A stretch of DNA of 32,028 nucleotides from Piedraia hortae CBS 480.64 (Eukaryota), in assembly GCA_010093745.1 (NCBI GenBank), contig MU006048.1, positions 1-32,028 on the forward strand. The letters run 5' to 3'. Positions 21,901 to 30,729 of the stretch are shown here, piece by piece. Under the pieces are notes generated by a model, which ran no database searches, was not told the origin of the DNA, and worked only from the letters and a program-made list of their open reading frames with translations. Position 1 is the first letter of the stretch, and each line of letters opens with the position of its first letter. A program made the position numbers and the translations under genes.

Positions 21901-24900
21901 GACGGCGCCTGATATATGGGTGTCTTGTTTTGCGATCCTGTTCGGTCGCACTGCGCCTGAGTTTACGGAAGGCCAGTCATTGGTGGATATCTTCAACCCA
22001 AGCGAGGAGCTTTCTGTGGCCCAAGAGGGCATCATGCCAGCTATCTTTGACATGCTAGAGGCAGGCCTCAAGGCAGCGACGGAGAATCCTGAACACTCGA
22101 CTCCAATCTTGCATTCTGCTATACAACTCCTACGCGAACTGTATGCTCGATGTCCAGCCTTTCGCAAATTCGCAACCAGGTCGGACGGCGCGTATATTCA
22201 GCATCTCCTTTTTGTTCTCTACCCCGTGCTCATCCGGTCTGATCGTATCACTGCCGAAATGGAGCTTGAGAATGAGAGGCGGCCGGAGAAGGCAGTGCGT
22301 CCAGGGACGTCGTCAGAGCAGCGGATTTCATCATATGTTATGGTCCCTCCAGCAGCGACATCTACCCACTTCCGACCAGTTCTTGCTTTAAAACAACACA
22401 TTCAAATCCGTACGTCCAATGGCCTTGTCGAAAATCTCCTGCAAGTTGCAATTGACGTGTTTATCGACATGGTCTGCCGCAAAGACAAGTTTCAAGGCAT
22501 CGGACTCTTTCACAAGGTTCCTCCCGGGCCCAGAGAACTTCAAGCCTGTTTCGAGACATTCCTCTTCTGTCAGCTTCTCCACGCCTTATCCGCCTATCTA
22601 AAACAAAATCAGAACCTCTTCCTACAGACCAACATCCTCCAAAATCTCGCCCGATTCAGCTCCTACATGTCCGAAGCCGTGTTTGAAGGCTGGTTCCTCG
22701 ACGGCGCGCAGGAAGTTTTGGAATTCACCGGCCAAATCCTGGAGTGCCTCCAACAACCACACGTTGCCGAAGACAAGACCGTCCGACTCTGCAGTCAACA
22801 CACTGGCCGCATCCGCATCGTATTCCTTCAACTAACCATCTGGCGTCTCTCTCGTCTCGAAACCGAAGATACCAACGGCGCCGAAACCGCCCAATTCCTC
22901 CGCAGAATGGACTACTGGCAGACGATCCTCTTCGCGACCGAGAACCAGGAAGCCCTCTTCATGCGCCTAATCTGTTTCCAACTTTACCTAAAACTCGTCT
23001 CACCAAACCAAACCGTCTGCTACGCCGCAGCAAGACTCTGGCGCACAATTCTCGTGCACAAACCCACCGTCAGCGCGACCGTACTCACACAAGCCGTTGG
23101 ACTCGAACACCGCCATCTCTCCACGGGATTCATGAAACTCATCTCGATGGAAGACGAGGAGTTCATCCATTGGGTTGACGAAAACCGAACCACACTCGAC
23201 TCTGCATTCTTCAAATCCTTCAACAAACCCTGGGACGACTGGGTCAATGACGAAAACAGAGCCAACGAACACAGCGCCAACGCGCGGATCGAGAAGCGGC
23301 GGGAGCGACTACGAGCATGGCATATCGAAGAAATGAAAGAAGACGACCAACTCCACCGTTTCGAAATCGCTACCAGCCACTGGAGACTAAACGTCCACGG
23401 TCAGGAAAGGGTTAAACTGCAGAGGGCTTACCAAGACCACCAGGAAAATGTAAACTACCTCTATAGCGCCTTTGCGAAGCTCGAGAAGGCACTGGAGCAG
23501 CCAGGGGGCATTGAACCCCCAAAGGGACCGATCAAGTGGCAGCTTGATGAGACGGAGGCCGTCAACAGGATGAGGGTCCGTCTCATTCCCGATAAGGGGG
23601 ACAAAGACATGTTCCAGCCGCGGAGGAAGGGGTCGGCGCTGTCGTCGATTAACGGCACTCCGTCCAAAAATGCCCGCGTTGCGGCGGGTAGTGTTGCTTC
23701 GCTTTCGCCCAGGGAGGATGTCTTCCTCAAGGAAGATGTTGCTGCTGTCAGAGAGAGGGCTAATTCCGCGACTAACCCACAACTTCTGGAAGGTGGGTTT
23801 GAGATTGTGGATGATCCGAACGAGGTGGGGGATTCGGAGGATAAGAATCGGACGATTTTAACGAGACTGCAGAGGGGGGATCAGGTTAAGAGTTTGTGTA
23901 ATGTTTCTCGGATTGTGGGGTTGGAGGCGTGTGAGGGACTGTTGGTTGTAGGGAAGAAGTGTCTTTACCTGCAAGATGGGTATTTCCAGCGGTCGGATGG
24001 AGAGATTGTGGGTACGTCCCAGGCGCCGGAGGATGAGCGCGATCCGTATGTGCAGTTGATCTCCGGGAAGGATGTTGGACAGATGAAGACTGTTGATGAG
24101 GAGACCCGCTTCTGGACCTGGCCGGAGGTTCTGAGCATTTCAAAGAGGAGGTTCCTGTTTAGGGATGTGTCGGTGGAGGTTTTCTTTACCGACGGACGGA
24201 GCTATCTGCTTATTTGTATCTCTCCGGCGAAGAGGGATGCGTTGTATAATGAGATTGTAGCCCAGGCACCGCATGTGCACAGCACGACGGCTGTTGCGGG
24301 TGAGAATTCCTGGAGATTGGACACTCTGCGTAATCCGGAGGAAATGCCGCAATCGCTGGGAACGAGGTTCGCGACGGTTTTCAGCAGTACGCCGCAGTAT
24401 GCGGCGACGAAGAAGTGGGTTAGAGGGGAGATGTCGAATTTTCAGTACCTCATGCTGATCAATACTGTTGCTGGAAGGACTTTTAATGACCTCACCCAGT
24501 ATCCTATCTTTCCGTGGGTGCTGGCGGATTATACTAGTGAGGAGTTGGATCTTGCGAATCCGGCTTCGTTTCGGAACTTGGCTAAGCCGATGGGGTGTCA
24601 GACGCCGTCTAGGGAGGCTGAGTTCCGCGATCGGTACCAGCAGTTTGCGGATATGGGCGATGAGAATGCTCCGCCTTTTCACTACGGGACGCATTACTCG
24701 TCGGCAATGATTGTTTCATCGTTTCTTATCCGGCTGCCGCCGTTTGTGCAGTCTTATCTGTTACTACAGGGAGGGAGTTTTGATCATGCTGATCGACTTT
24801 TTGATTCCGTTGGAAAAGCATGGCTGTCTGCTTCGAGAGACAATATGAGTGATGTGCGCGAGTTGACGCCGGAGTTTTTCTATCTGCCCGAATTCCTGAC

Positions 24901-26167
24901 CAATATTAACAGATATGACTTTGGCATCAAGCAGGGAGATGGCGGCAGGGTCAACGACGTTGCATTGCCACCGTGGGCAAAAGGCGATGCGCAGATCTTC
25001 ATCCAAAAGCATCGCGAAGCATTGGAGAGTCGGTACGTTAGCGAACACTTGCACGAGTGGATCGACCTCATCTTTGGCTACAAACAACGGGGCGAAGCAG
25101 CCATTGAAGCCACAAACGTGTTCAACCACCTATCCTACAACGGCGCCAAAGACCTCGACGCAATCTCCGACCAAGTCGAGCGTCTAGCAACAATCGGAAT
25201 CATCCACTCTTTCGGCCAAACCCCCCATCAAGTCTTCCAACGCCCGCACCCAAACTGGGACATTACCAAACTCAACCTCACCCGCTTAGACTGCCTCGCC
25301 GAATCCCTAATCCGAATCCCCAACCCTCTCTTCACCCTCCCCCACCCAATCACGAACCTCACAATGCCCCAAGGCCGTCTAATCTGCGACAGCCCAACAA
25401 AACTCCACCTCCCTCTCCACCCCTCCCGTTACCTCCAATTCGGATTCTCAGACCACAGCATCCGCTTCTTCAGCACCAACACCGCCCGCTTGCTCGGCAT
25501 CCACGAAAACCTCCACATCGGCCCCATCCTAGCAGCCACCTTCGCCGACAGCAAAACCCTCATCCTCTCCGGAGGAGACTGTACCCTCTCCCTCTGGAAC
25601 CTCTCCCTTTCCCGCGATATAATCGAACTCCAAGCAAAAACCTACCTCTTTGCCCACCGCAAACCCGTCGTCATCTTGACCTCTTCCCGCGTCTTTAGCA
25701 CGTTACTCTCAATCTCTACAGACGGGCAAGCCATCCTATGGGATCTAAACCGCTACGAAGCGTTCCGCCTCCTTCTTCCCGCGGGGGCAAAACCATCCCA
25801 ATCTGCACGGATAAGTAACGTTACGGGTAGGATCGTATTAGCGCAGGGGAGGGATTTGGTGCTCTATGCCCCTAACGGGACGTTACTACTCCGTCAGAGG
25901 GTGGAGGAGGGGATTACGGCACTGGCGTTTTATGAGGGCTCGGGGAATGAGTACACGAGCCGGGAGTTGGTTTTTTCGGGACATGAGTCGGGGGCAGTGT
26001 GTGTTTGGGCGATTAGGGTTCTGGGGGATGGGGCGTGGTGTGCAGTTTTGGTTAAAAAGCTGGATTGTGGGGCGAGGGTGAGGAGTTTGCTGACCACCCC
26101 CACGGGCGTGTTTGCGGGGGATGAGGAGGGGGGGGTGGGAGGGTGGGAGTGTGTTGCTAAGTTTTAG
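18908..26167 (+). CDS. BPH1: Beige/BEACH-domain protein (Bph1-like; ConA-like, PH, BEACH and WD40 domains), 2419 aa
   Basis: GYTWSAWVRID...WYHIALVH (ConA-like); RRFLFRDVSVEVFFTDGRSYL (PH-BEACH); SNFQYLMLINTVAGRTFNDLTQYPIFPWVLADY, HYGTHYSS, DVRELTPEFFYLPEFL, HEWIDLIFGYKQRG, FGQTP (BEACH); C-terminal WD repeats. Confidence 0.96.
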   Translation: MALRFGHATRHRSASRGLNAEEESSQTAALIRQLEISGDPPSESEISRLRTVANDLSRHFNHNDGATTMFRRGRGFEKAVQLLKELQPCLKSNESRMMPLALLAKALLRLLGNAVGCQNGNERYFAEVVDGWATIERSLKDFLDLILGLDAVSDGKEAVSQVFKGLFGLAAELDSRVEGVAEVELETGTLQIQHAHVVLVAVRLSFWLVSHRWREHYVENAVQVIHTTTRLVKSSTHNKWELWRLGLLSPTLRLAFDPNAPEPAKMAASELVLASADFGFAELEDVAFLFKQACELDSAREMLLTTMVKSKGPAFVQFDLTKSGFASIEFPGLLQAFPPSNGYTWSAWVRIDEFDSKTHTTLFGAFDKNQTCFILIYLEKDSHQIILQTSVRAAKPSVRFRSSKLQAGQWYHIALVHSKVGTDPQQSPALLYLNGEISEKLNCTYPQSPAAPSPVQAFFGTPRDLAFSLGRNKIRSRWSLAGVRIYNVAITDEFVALQHQLGPRYYGNLQDFMGPYLTYHASAELHRWSELLHPDKNYKMEKSDIAKAVNSLASEVVPENRLLLSIHPYSVMSLADGSDDSVLTAKIELNARALTRMHQLARNARWIVVNCAIPKVEEAITQTNGVGIATGDPVVVIPQSLDDSTWRLAGTLPLMIRLLESCYTKDAFILSTKIYFESFMNNWRVSEAMERGSGFGLYAMILSEKLGFDTFPSSTVAARKPCTVLSLEDCRTLPSQLLPLILGYMGYDATHPEQSMIINPLAYRVLFLDFDTWRRCEISVQKLYYTQFVHFLAHNRHQIFNQKRLSRMRLVKRLIDVLKAEEVSAELIGTLMEALRAMLDNHQAYRELAMFVVYGLQDERVLANRSLGMVGVVDIRQRAASWAARYARSSRRNTEAGPVTPTNKLPVGLSRAGLAMHALRLLKDLVCDNRSSIGVRRLVRAVPIRWLFHLSAEDNASVVGLTLHIISRMLSTAGSEFNNAFADKHGFVFLQSRLKAFWTAPDIWVSCFAILFGRTAPEFTEGQSLVDIFNPSEELSVAQEGIMPAIFDMLEAGLKAATENPEHSTPILHSAIQLLRELYARCPAFRKFATRSDGAYIQHLLFVLYPVLIRSDRITAEMELENERRPEKAVRPGTSSEQRISSYVMVPPAATSTHFRPVLALKQHIQIRTSNGLVENLLQVAIDVFIDMVCRKDKFQGIGLFHKVPPGPRELQACFETFLFCQLLHALSAYLKQNQNLFLQTNILQNLARFSSYMSEAVFEGWFLDGAQEVLEFTGQILECLQQPHVAEDKTVRLCSQHTGRIRIVFLQLTIWRLSRLETEDTNGAETAQFLRRMDYWQTILFATENQEALFMRLICFQLYLKLVSPNQTVCYAAARLWRTILVHKPTVSATVLTQAVGLEHRHLSTGFMKLISMEDEEFIHWVDENRTTLDSAFFKSFNKPWDDWVNDENRANEHSANARIEKRRERLRAWHIEEMKEDDQLHRFEIATSHWRLNVHGQERVKLQRAYQDHQENVNYLYSAFAKLEKALEQPGGIEPPKGPIKWQLDETEAVNRMRVRLIPDKGDKDMFQPRRKGSALSSINGTPSKNARVAAGSVASLSPREDVFLKEDVAAVRERANSATNPQLLEGGFEIVDDPNEVGDSEDKNRTILTRLQRGDQVKSLCNVSRIVGLEACEGLLVVGKKCLYLQDGYFQRSDGEIVGTSQAPEDERDPYVQLISGKDVGQMKTVDEETRFWTWPEVLSISKRRFLFRDVSVEVFFTDGRSYLLICISPAKRDALYNEIVAQAPHVHSTTAVAGENSWRLDTLRNPEEMPQSLGTRFATVFSSTPQYAATKKWVRGEMSNFQYLMLINTVAGRTFNDLTQYPIFPWVLADYTSEELDLANPASFRNLAKPMGCQTPSREAEFRDRYQQFADMGDENAPPFHYGTHYSSAMIVSSFLIRLPPFVQSYLLLQGGSFDHADRLFDSVGKAWLSASRDNMSDVRELTPEFFYLPEFLTNINRYDFGIKQGDGGRVNDVALPPWAKGDAQIFIQKHREALESRYVSEHLHEWIDLIFGYKQRGEAAIEATNVFNHLSYNGAKDLDAISDQVERLATIGIIHSFGQTPHQVFQRPHPNWDITKLNLTRLDCLAESLIRIPNPLFTLPHPITNLTMPQGRLICDSPTKLHLPLHPSRYLQFGFSDHSIRFFSTNTARLLGIHENLHIGPILAATFADSKTLILSGGDCTLSLWNLSLSRDIIELQAKTYLFAHRKPVVILTSSRVFSTLLSISTDGQAILWDLNRYEAFRLLLPAGAKPSQSARISNVTGRIVLAQGRDLVLYAPNGTLLLRQRVEEGITALAFYEGSGNEYTSRELVFSGHESGAVCVWAIRVLGDGAWCAVLVKKLDCGARVRSLLTTPTGVFAGDEEGGVGGWECVAKF

Positions 26168-26949
26168 ACTGGAGGGAGGAGAAGGGGGGTTGGGGGCTGT
26201 AGTGGGTTTGAGGCTGGACGATTTGCTGGGTGTGTGAGTGGTGTGAGAGGAGTCCAGAGGCGCGATTGGGTTTTAGGGTTTGAATGTGGAGCATCATGGG
26301 GCGTAGTGTGCAATGTTAGCAGGGAGTTACGGCCCCCTCACGTTTCCGACGACGGTGTATGCTGGTGATGTGGCAGTGGGAGTGTTGCTTAGCTATGAGT
26401 TGATTCGTACGATTACGTTTATGAACAGAGAGTTTGAATCTTTTCTCCCTTCGGCGCAAAACATCTCCATGCAACCTGCTTGTAATGGACGCAAACCTGA
26501 TTTCTTCCAACGAGCCATTGGCCTCGCCAATTTCCTACCCACCGGTGTGATCTACGACATAGTGCTTACTTCTCATCAACTCTAGCAAGACTGAGAGCGC
26601 CGCGAACAGGCCGTAGAGGGCCTACCCCTCCCACTCCCTATATACAAACCCGCAATCGCATACTTCCCGGCCATACCGTCAGGTCATTGGTGAGAAGAAA
26701 ATCTGGAAAACCTTCGTCCGTCACACACCCGCCCAACTGCGTCGAAGAGACGTGCAATGCTAAAAACTGACAACTTCAGCTGGCGACGATACGGCTGTGT
26801 GACTTCGTGGCCAGCCATCTGCCGCCGTTTCCGATCCACGAGCAATGCAGCCGGCTGGTTTGTGCAGACCCAAAGCTAGTGGATGTTGATGGTTCGGATT
26901 TTTGTGGTGAAGCGTGTTGGGGTTGTTGACTAGCCGAACTGTTTGGGAA

Positions 26950-27999
26950 TCATCGTAAGAGAGCAGTGAGGAAATGGGAGCGCGCGGAAGAAGCGTACCC
27001 ACCACATATGGTCTGAGCACATGTTCGAGAGCAGGAACTCGGCCTCGACTTTGTGAGAGAGAGTTTGTTTGCTTGAAAAGCAATAATGAGATCCTCACGT
27101 GCGTTTGTGGGTCATGAATGTCGGAAGATAGTTGTTGCGTAGCGTAATCGTTCTGAAAATTGAGTTTTTACAAAGTCGTGTTTTCTGATGTTCAGCAGCG
27201 AGCTTATATACAAGTAGCTTCTTTGTTCAGACAGTTTCAAATATCACTCCATCGCCCCACTGTCCTCTTTATCATGTTGTTTGAGCATTTTGCTTTACAG
27301 GATCTTTCTTTGTATAATCTTTGTTATAAGGCCGAGGTATGGCACTGATGCTTCTCAACAACAATGAAATCTGCTGAGGTTTCAAGCGGTTGCAGCATCC
27401 CCCGTCATCGTTGGCGCCAGATCTTGCCTTTTGGGACTTCTCTTTAAGCGGAGATGCTGAGAAGTAAATTAGACCATACGTTTGGTAGCCTCTGCGCATC
27501 TTCGAACAGATATTATAATGTCACTGGTAATCGGCAGAGGATTTGCATCGGTTTCAGATGGCTGGTTTTGGAAGAATATTGTCCCGGACTGTTGGGTCGC
27601 GAGAAAATCAACCTGATCATTGAGAGATTTGCGTCGGTACTTCGGTAGACCAGAGCCACAAACACTGATGGGTTCTAACGAAACCAGGAGAAAACTTCCA
27701 GGGTCCATCCATATTGTTCCGGTCAAACGCATGAATGGCAAGGGCAGTTCTGTTTTCTGGTGTCTTTGCTCTTGGTTTCTGAAGCTTTCAGATTGGCCAT
27801 GCTTCTCGCGTTGGCGCAGACATATGGGTATGTGTACACATCGCGATTTCGATTGTGATCCAGACCCAGACCCTCGTCCAAAGCCACGTTCTCGGCTGAA
27901 CTGCTCCAGATAATCTTCCGTTGAAAAAGGAATGGGCGTCAATGCCTCGCTGATGGAAGGCTCCCCGGGTGGCAAAGCAGAGTTTGGCTCTTGAGCCAA
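26950..27999 (-). pseudogene. Probable Mutator-like (MULE) transposase N-terminal remnant (FAR1/WRKY-GCM1-like region), interrupted by LTR C
   Basis: FSTEDYLEQFSRERGFG...IPICLR...QKTELPLPF resembles the F..e....a...GF...C.R...kT.CPF pattern; later TSDI(YN)-like and RISLLLF..TNS segments. No catalytic DDE core or terminal inverted repeats (TIRs) recognised; boundaries approximate. Confidence 0.45.
27119..27363 (+). mobile_element. Solo LTR family C copy 2 (245 bp)
   Basis: TGTCGGAAG...CTTCTCAACAACA; TSD ATGAA at 27114-27118 and 27364-27368; direct homolog of 7784-8153. Confidence 0.92.
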
Positions 28000-28399
28000 G
28001 GAGTCGTTGGCAATAGACGGGTTCGTACTGTATCCCTAAGTTGAAAATCTACCTTGTTGCTTTATTGAGGATTCCCTGAAGAGACTGAGACTCGTTGTGC
28101 TACCAGAAATATTCAGCTAAAAATCATCCAAAGTGTATCTTCTATAAAAAATTATCTCACACTTCATCCAATGTTACTGGATGCCTATCTCCTGTATCCC
28201 GGTGCAGGTGTCTGGCAAATTTGACAGAGCCTCGACGCCTATGTGGCTGATTTGGGCATGCCAGTCTGGAGGAGTTTTCAACTGACCTCGCCAAAACACC
28301 TTCACAAACAGTCTATCCTCCCACCTTAGATCATTTCATTATCTTCTCACAATCCTTTGTCCTCAATCAAGCTCCTTGCAACGATGATTGTCTCTTTTC

Positions 28400-30320
28400 T
28401 GGGAACAGTCTAACTCTCCGACAAGGGCTTGACGATTGGTATGCTCCGTCTGCTGTCGAGGGAACTTGTTTGTGTTCTCTTGTGCAGTCATGGCCTCTAT
28501 TACTTGCCCCAACCGCCGAAGCTGTGTTGGGACATGACAAAACAAATGCAACCTCAGCTTTTCACTGATGTCATCCGGGCATCATGCCCTCGGGCGTCTG
28601 TCGGAAAGTTACTGACCAAAGATCGATGAGTGGCAAACCAAAGCTTCGTGAGCTTCGCAGCCTCGCACCACAATAACAGCAACTCTCTGACCTCCGAGAC
28701 TTGCCTTCTGTTGCAAAGAATGTGGCGAGTACCATAGGCCAAGTGAGGATAATGGTGCGTTAGTCCAGCCATTGAGTTCTACTTCGACAGCTGCTGCACG
28801 GAAGGCACTATAGAGCCGACGTCCCGACAGACCGCCGCTGCTCCTCCATGTTTGTCTCGATTATTGGTTCATCGATGGTTTTGGACCACAAAAGCTTTCT
28901 CGAAAGAATCGTGCAGATTGTCAAAAGGAAAGTCCCGATGAGGATCAATTTTGGAATGACGTAGCGGCGTGAGGGCTAACTTGATGCCAACTTCCTTCGC
29001 TTGCCTGTGGGTGCTCAAGGGAAAACGATTACCGGCCATGAGACCGCAGAGGGCGCACCACCTGTCGAAACGGGCTAGCGCCGCTCTCATGCCGTCCGAG
29101 GTGGCTGCGTACTTGGAGCTGCACTCTCCCACAACAGGCTCCTTGGCGGGGCTCTTTCTACGGCTCCGTGGTGGTTGTCGTGGCCGCGACATGAGGGGAC
29201 CGCGCCAGTGAACGGCTTCTACGTCGCACGTTGACCGACAACTGAATCCTGGAGCAGCGCGAGAAGAGCGCCGTCTCCTCATCGAACGCGTCATCTACGT
29301 TTACGTACAAAGCCAGCCGCGTCCGGAGTCGGCGAGCAAAACTGAGAATGTTTTGCAGTTTTCGATTGGCAGGGACAGTTGTGTGTTCGTAGCACTCGTC
29401 TTGAGACCTTGCTGTGCATAGAGTTTGATCAATGGAATCGCTGTCCATATGCGTAGGATTGACTCGACATCGATCATTTCATGGTCGCTGTCATAGGTGT
29501 TTTTTTTGGTTGCAGAATGATGGTTCAGTTGCTTTGTGTTTCGGGGCCACTTGAGTTTTAGTTTTTGAACGCCAAGCTGGAGAGATATGCCGCCAGGCTC
29601 CGCCAAAAGCTGCCTCTCTTTGCTTCTCTCCTCCGGGATCCCCGCTTTGGATTTCAAAGCCTTCAGGAACCCCCTTGGCCCGACATGGAGTCGGCCATCA
29701 TGAGATGGCTCGAACCCGAGCATCTAGCGCGCCAAGGCCTGGACGAAGTCCCATCCCCGAAACCCACGACACCTGACGCCAATGACTTCCATACACGTGT
29801 CTTCTGCTCCTCAGCCATGCTGGATCGAAGGCCAAATTTCCCTCGAGGATGAAATGGACGTTTGGAAGGCAATGGGACGGATGTCCGGCGATACAATGCA
29901 GCTGTGGGAGAAGAGTATTGCCCAGAAGCTTCCGCGTTTCGTGCCTGTTGCGCGCGATGTTTTGTCGATGCTCGCAACAAGTGTGCCATCCAAAAACCTG
30001 GTACAAGGAAGACCTAGAGATGTGATAGCGTAGATAGTTAGGCCGAGCTTGGCAAGGCGCTACCTTTTTTAGGTAATATAGCCACCACAACAAAATTAAC
30101 CCTGTTCGTGTTCTTTCGTTGCTTGTTCATTATTCAGAACTCGAACACCGTACGAACCCTTGATCGGCTCGTTCGTGTTCGGCGACACCCCACCTCCAGA
30201 CAAGACCTTTGCAACCGCTGGTCCATATGTATGTAATATGGTCGTGCGGGGTATCATTCAAGTTCGAGATGTTGGCAAAAACTCAGCATGCAGTGGGGAC
30301 GTGCGGGAAAAGGTGGGGAG
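28400..30320 (+). mobile_element. Degenerate hAT transposon (transposase pseudogene about 28400-30030 plus 3' end)
   Basis: Ordered hAT motifs: GLDDW (~28430), LRSLA(HTI) (~28660, CxxH region), TIGQVRIMVR, DVPT (~28820), FWND, NAKLERY..ASLLRDPRF (~29570-29650) and dimerisation domain WEKSIAQKLPRFVPVARDVLSMLATSVPS. 3' end shared with 1407-2103; 5' end not found. Confidence 0.8.
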
Positions 30321-30684
30321 TGTTGTGAATATGCGGTATATTACGCGCATTATTAGTAACCGGCGCTCGGCTCTCGACTTCACGCGTCAACTAGTTTTCC
30401 GTAGAGATTTGTATGCAGGTACACATCCACTCACAATCATAATAGGAAGCAACAACGCCAGGTTGACTGCACAGTGCGTTGGGATTTGAGAGCGTGTCCT
30501 TCCATGAAGACACTGCGACGATTACCTCCATGCCCTCGGCTAGCAGTTCGGAAGCAGTCTGTCAGTAAAAGCATGTGCTCCAAAATCTTCTGCCAGTCTC
30601 ACCGCGCCGTTGTGCATCGCGTTAGGCAGCTTGGGGGTGTGCAGAACGTGTCGTCTGGTGGCAGTCACTGTTATCCGTGCTTGA

Positions 30685-30729
30685 GAAAGTTAAACTGGGG
30701 TGCGAGACTCGCAACCCAATTTAACTTTC
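30685..30729. repeat. 45-bp near-perfect palindrome
   Basis: GAAAGTTAAACTGGGGTGCGAG-A-CTCGCAACCCAATTTAACTTTC: 22-bp arms with 2 mismatches and a 1-nt spacer. Confidence 0.9.

Noticed and set aside
26640..26760. 5S rRNA-like start (CATAC...GCCATACC)
   Set aside because: The rest does not match fungal 5S sequence or structure; no tRNA or rRNA was recognised anywhere in the window.
7784..27363. Single LTR retroelement carrying host genes
   Set aside because: The right LTR has its own complete TSD, the outer flanks do not match, and the genes retain introns on both strands.
29351..29514. GAATG-flanked insertion in the hAT relic
   Set aside because: No terminal inverted repeat, and excision does not clearly restore a reading frame.
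30321..30464. LTR inserted in the right hAT terminus
   Set aside because: Starts with TGTTG and GACTG reappears at 30465, but the expected GGGAG TSD and a matching end are absent.
1402..30469. Whole block as one giant composite or Starship-like mobile element
   Set aside because: Both hAT ends are the same (3') end, there is no matching outer TSD and no tyrosine-recombinase captain gene, and the cargo is ordinary housekeeping genes.
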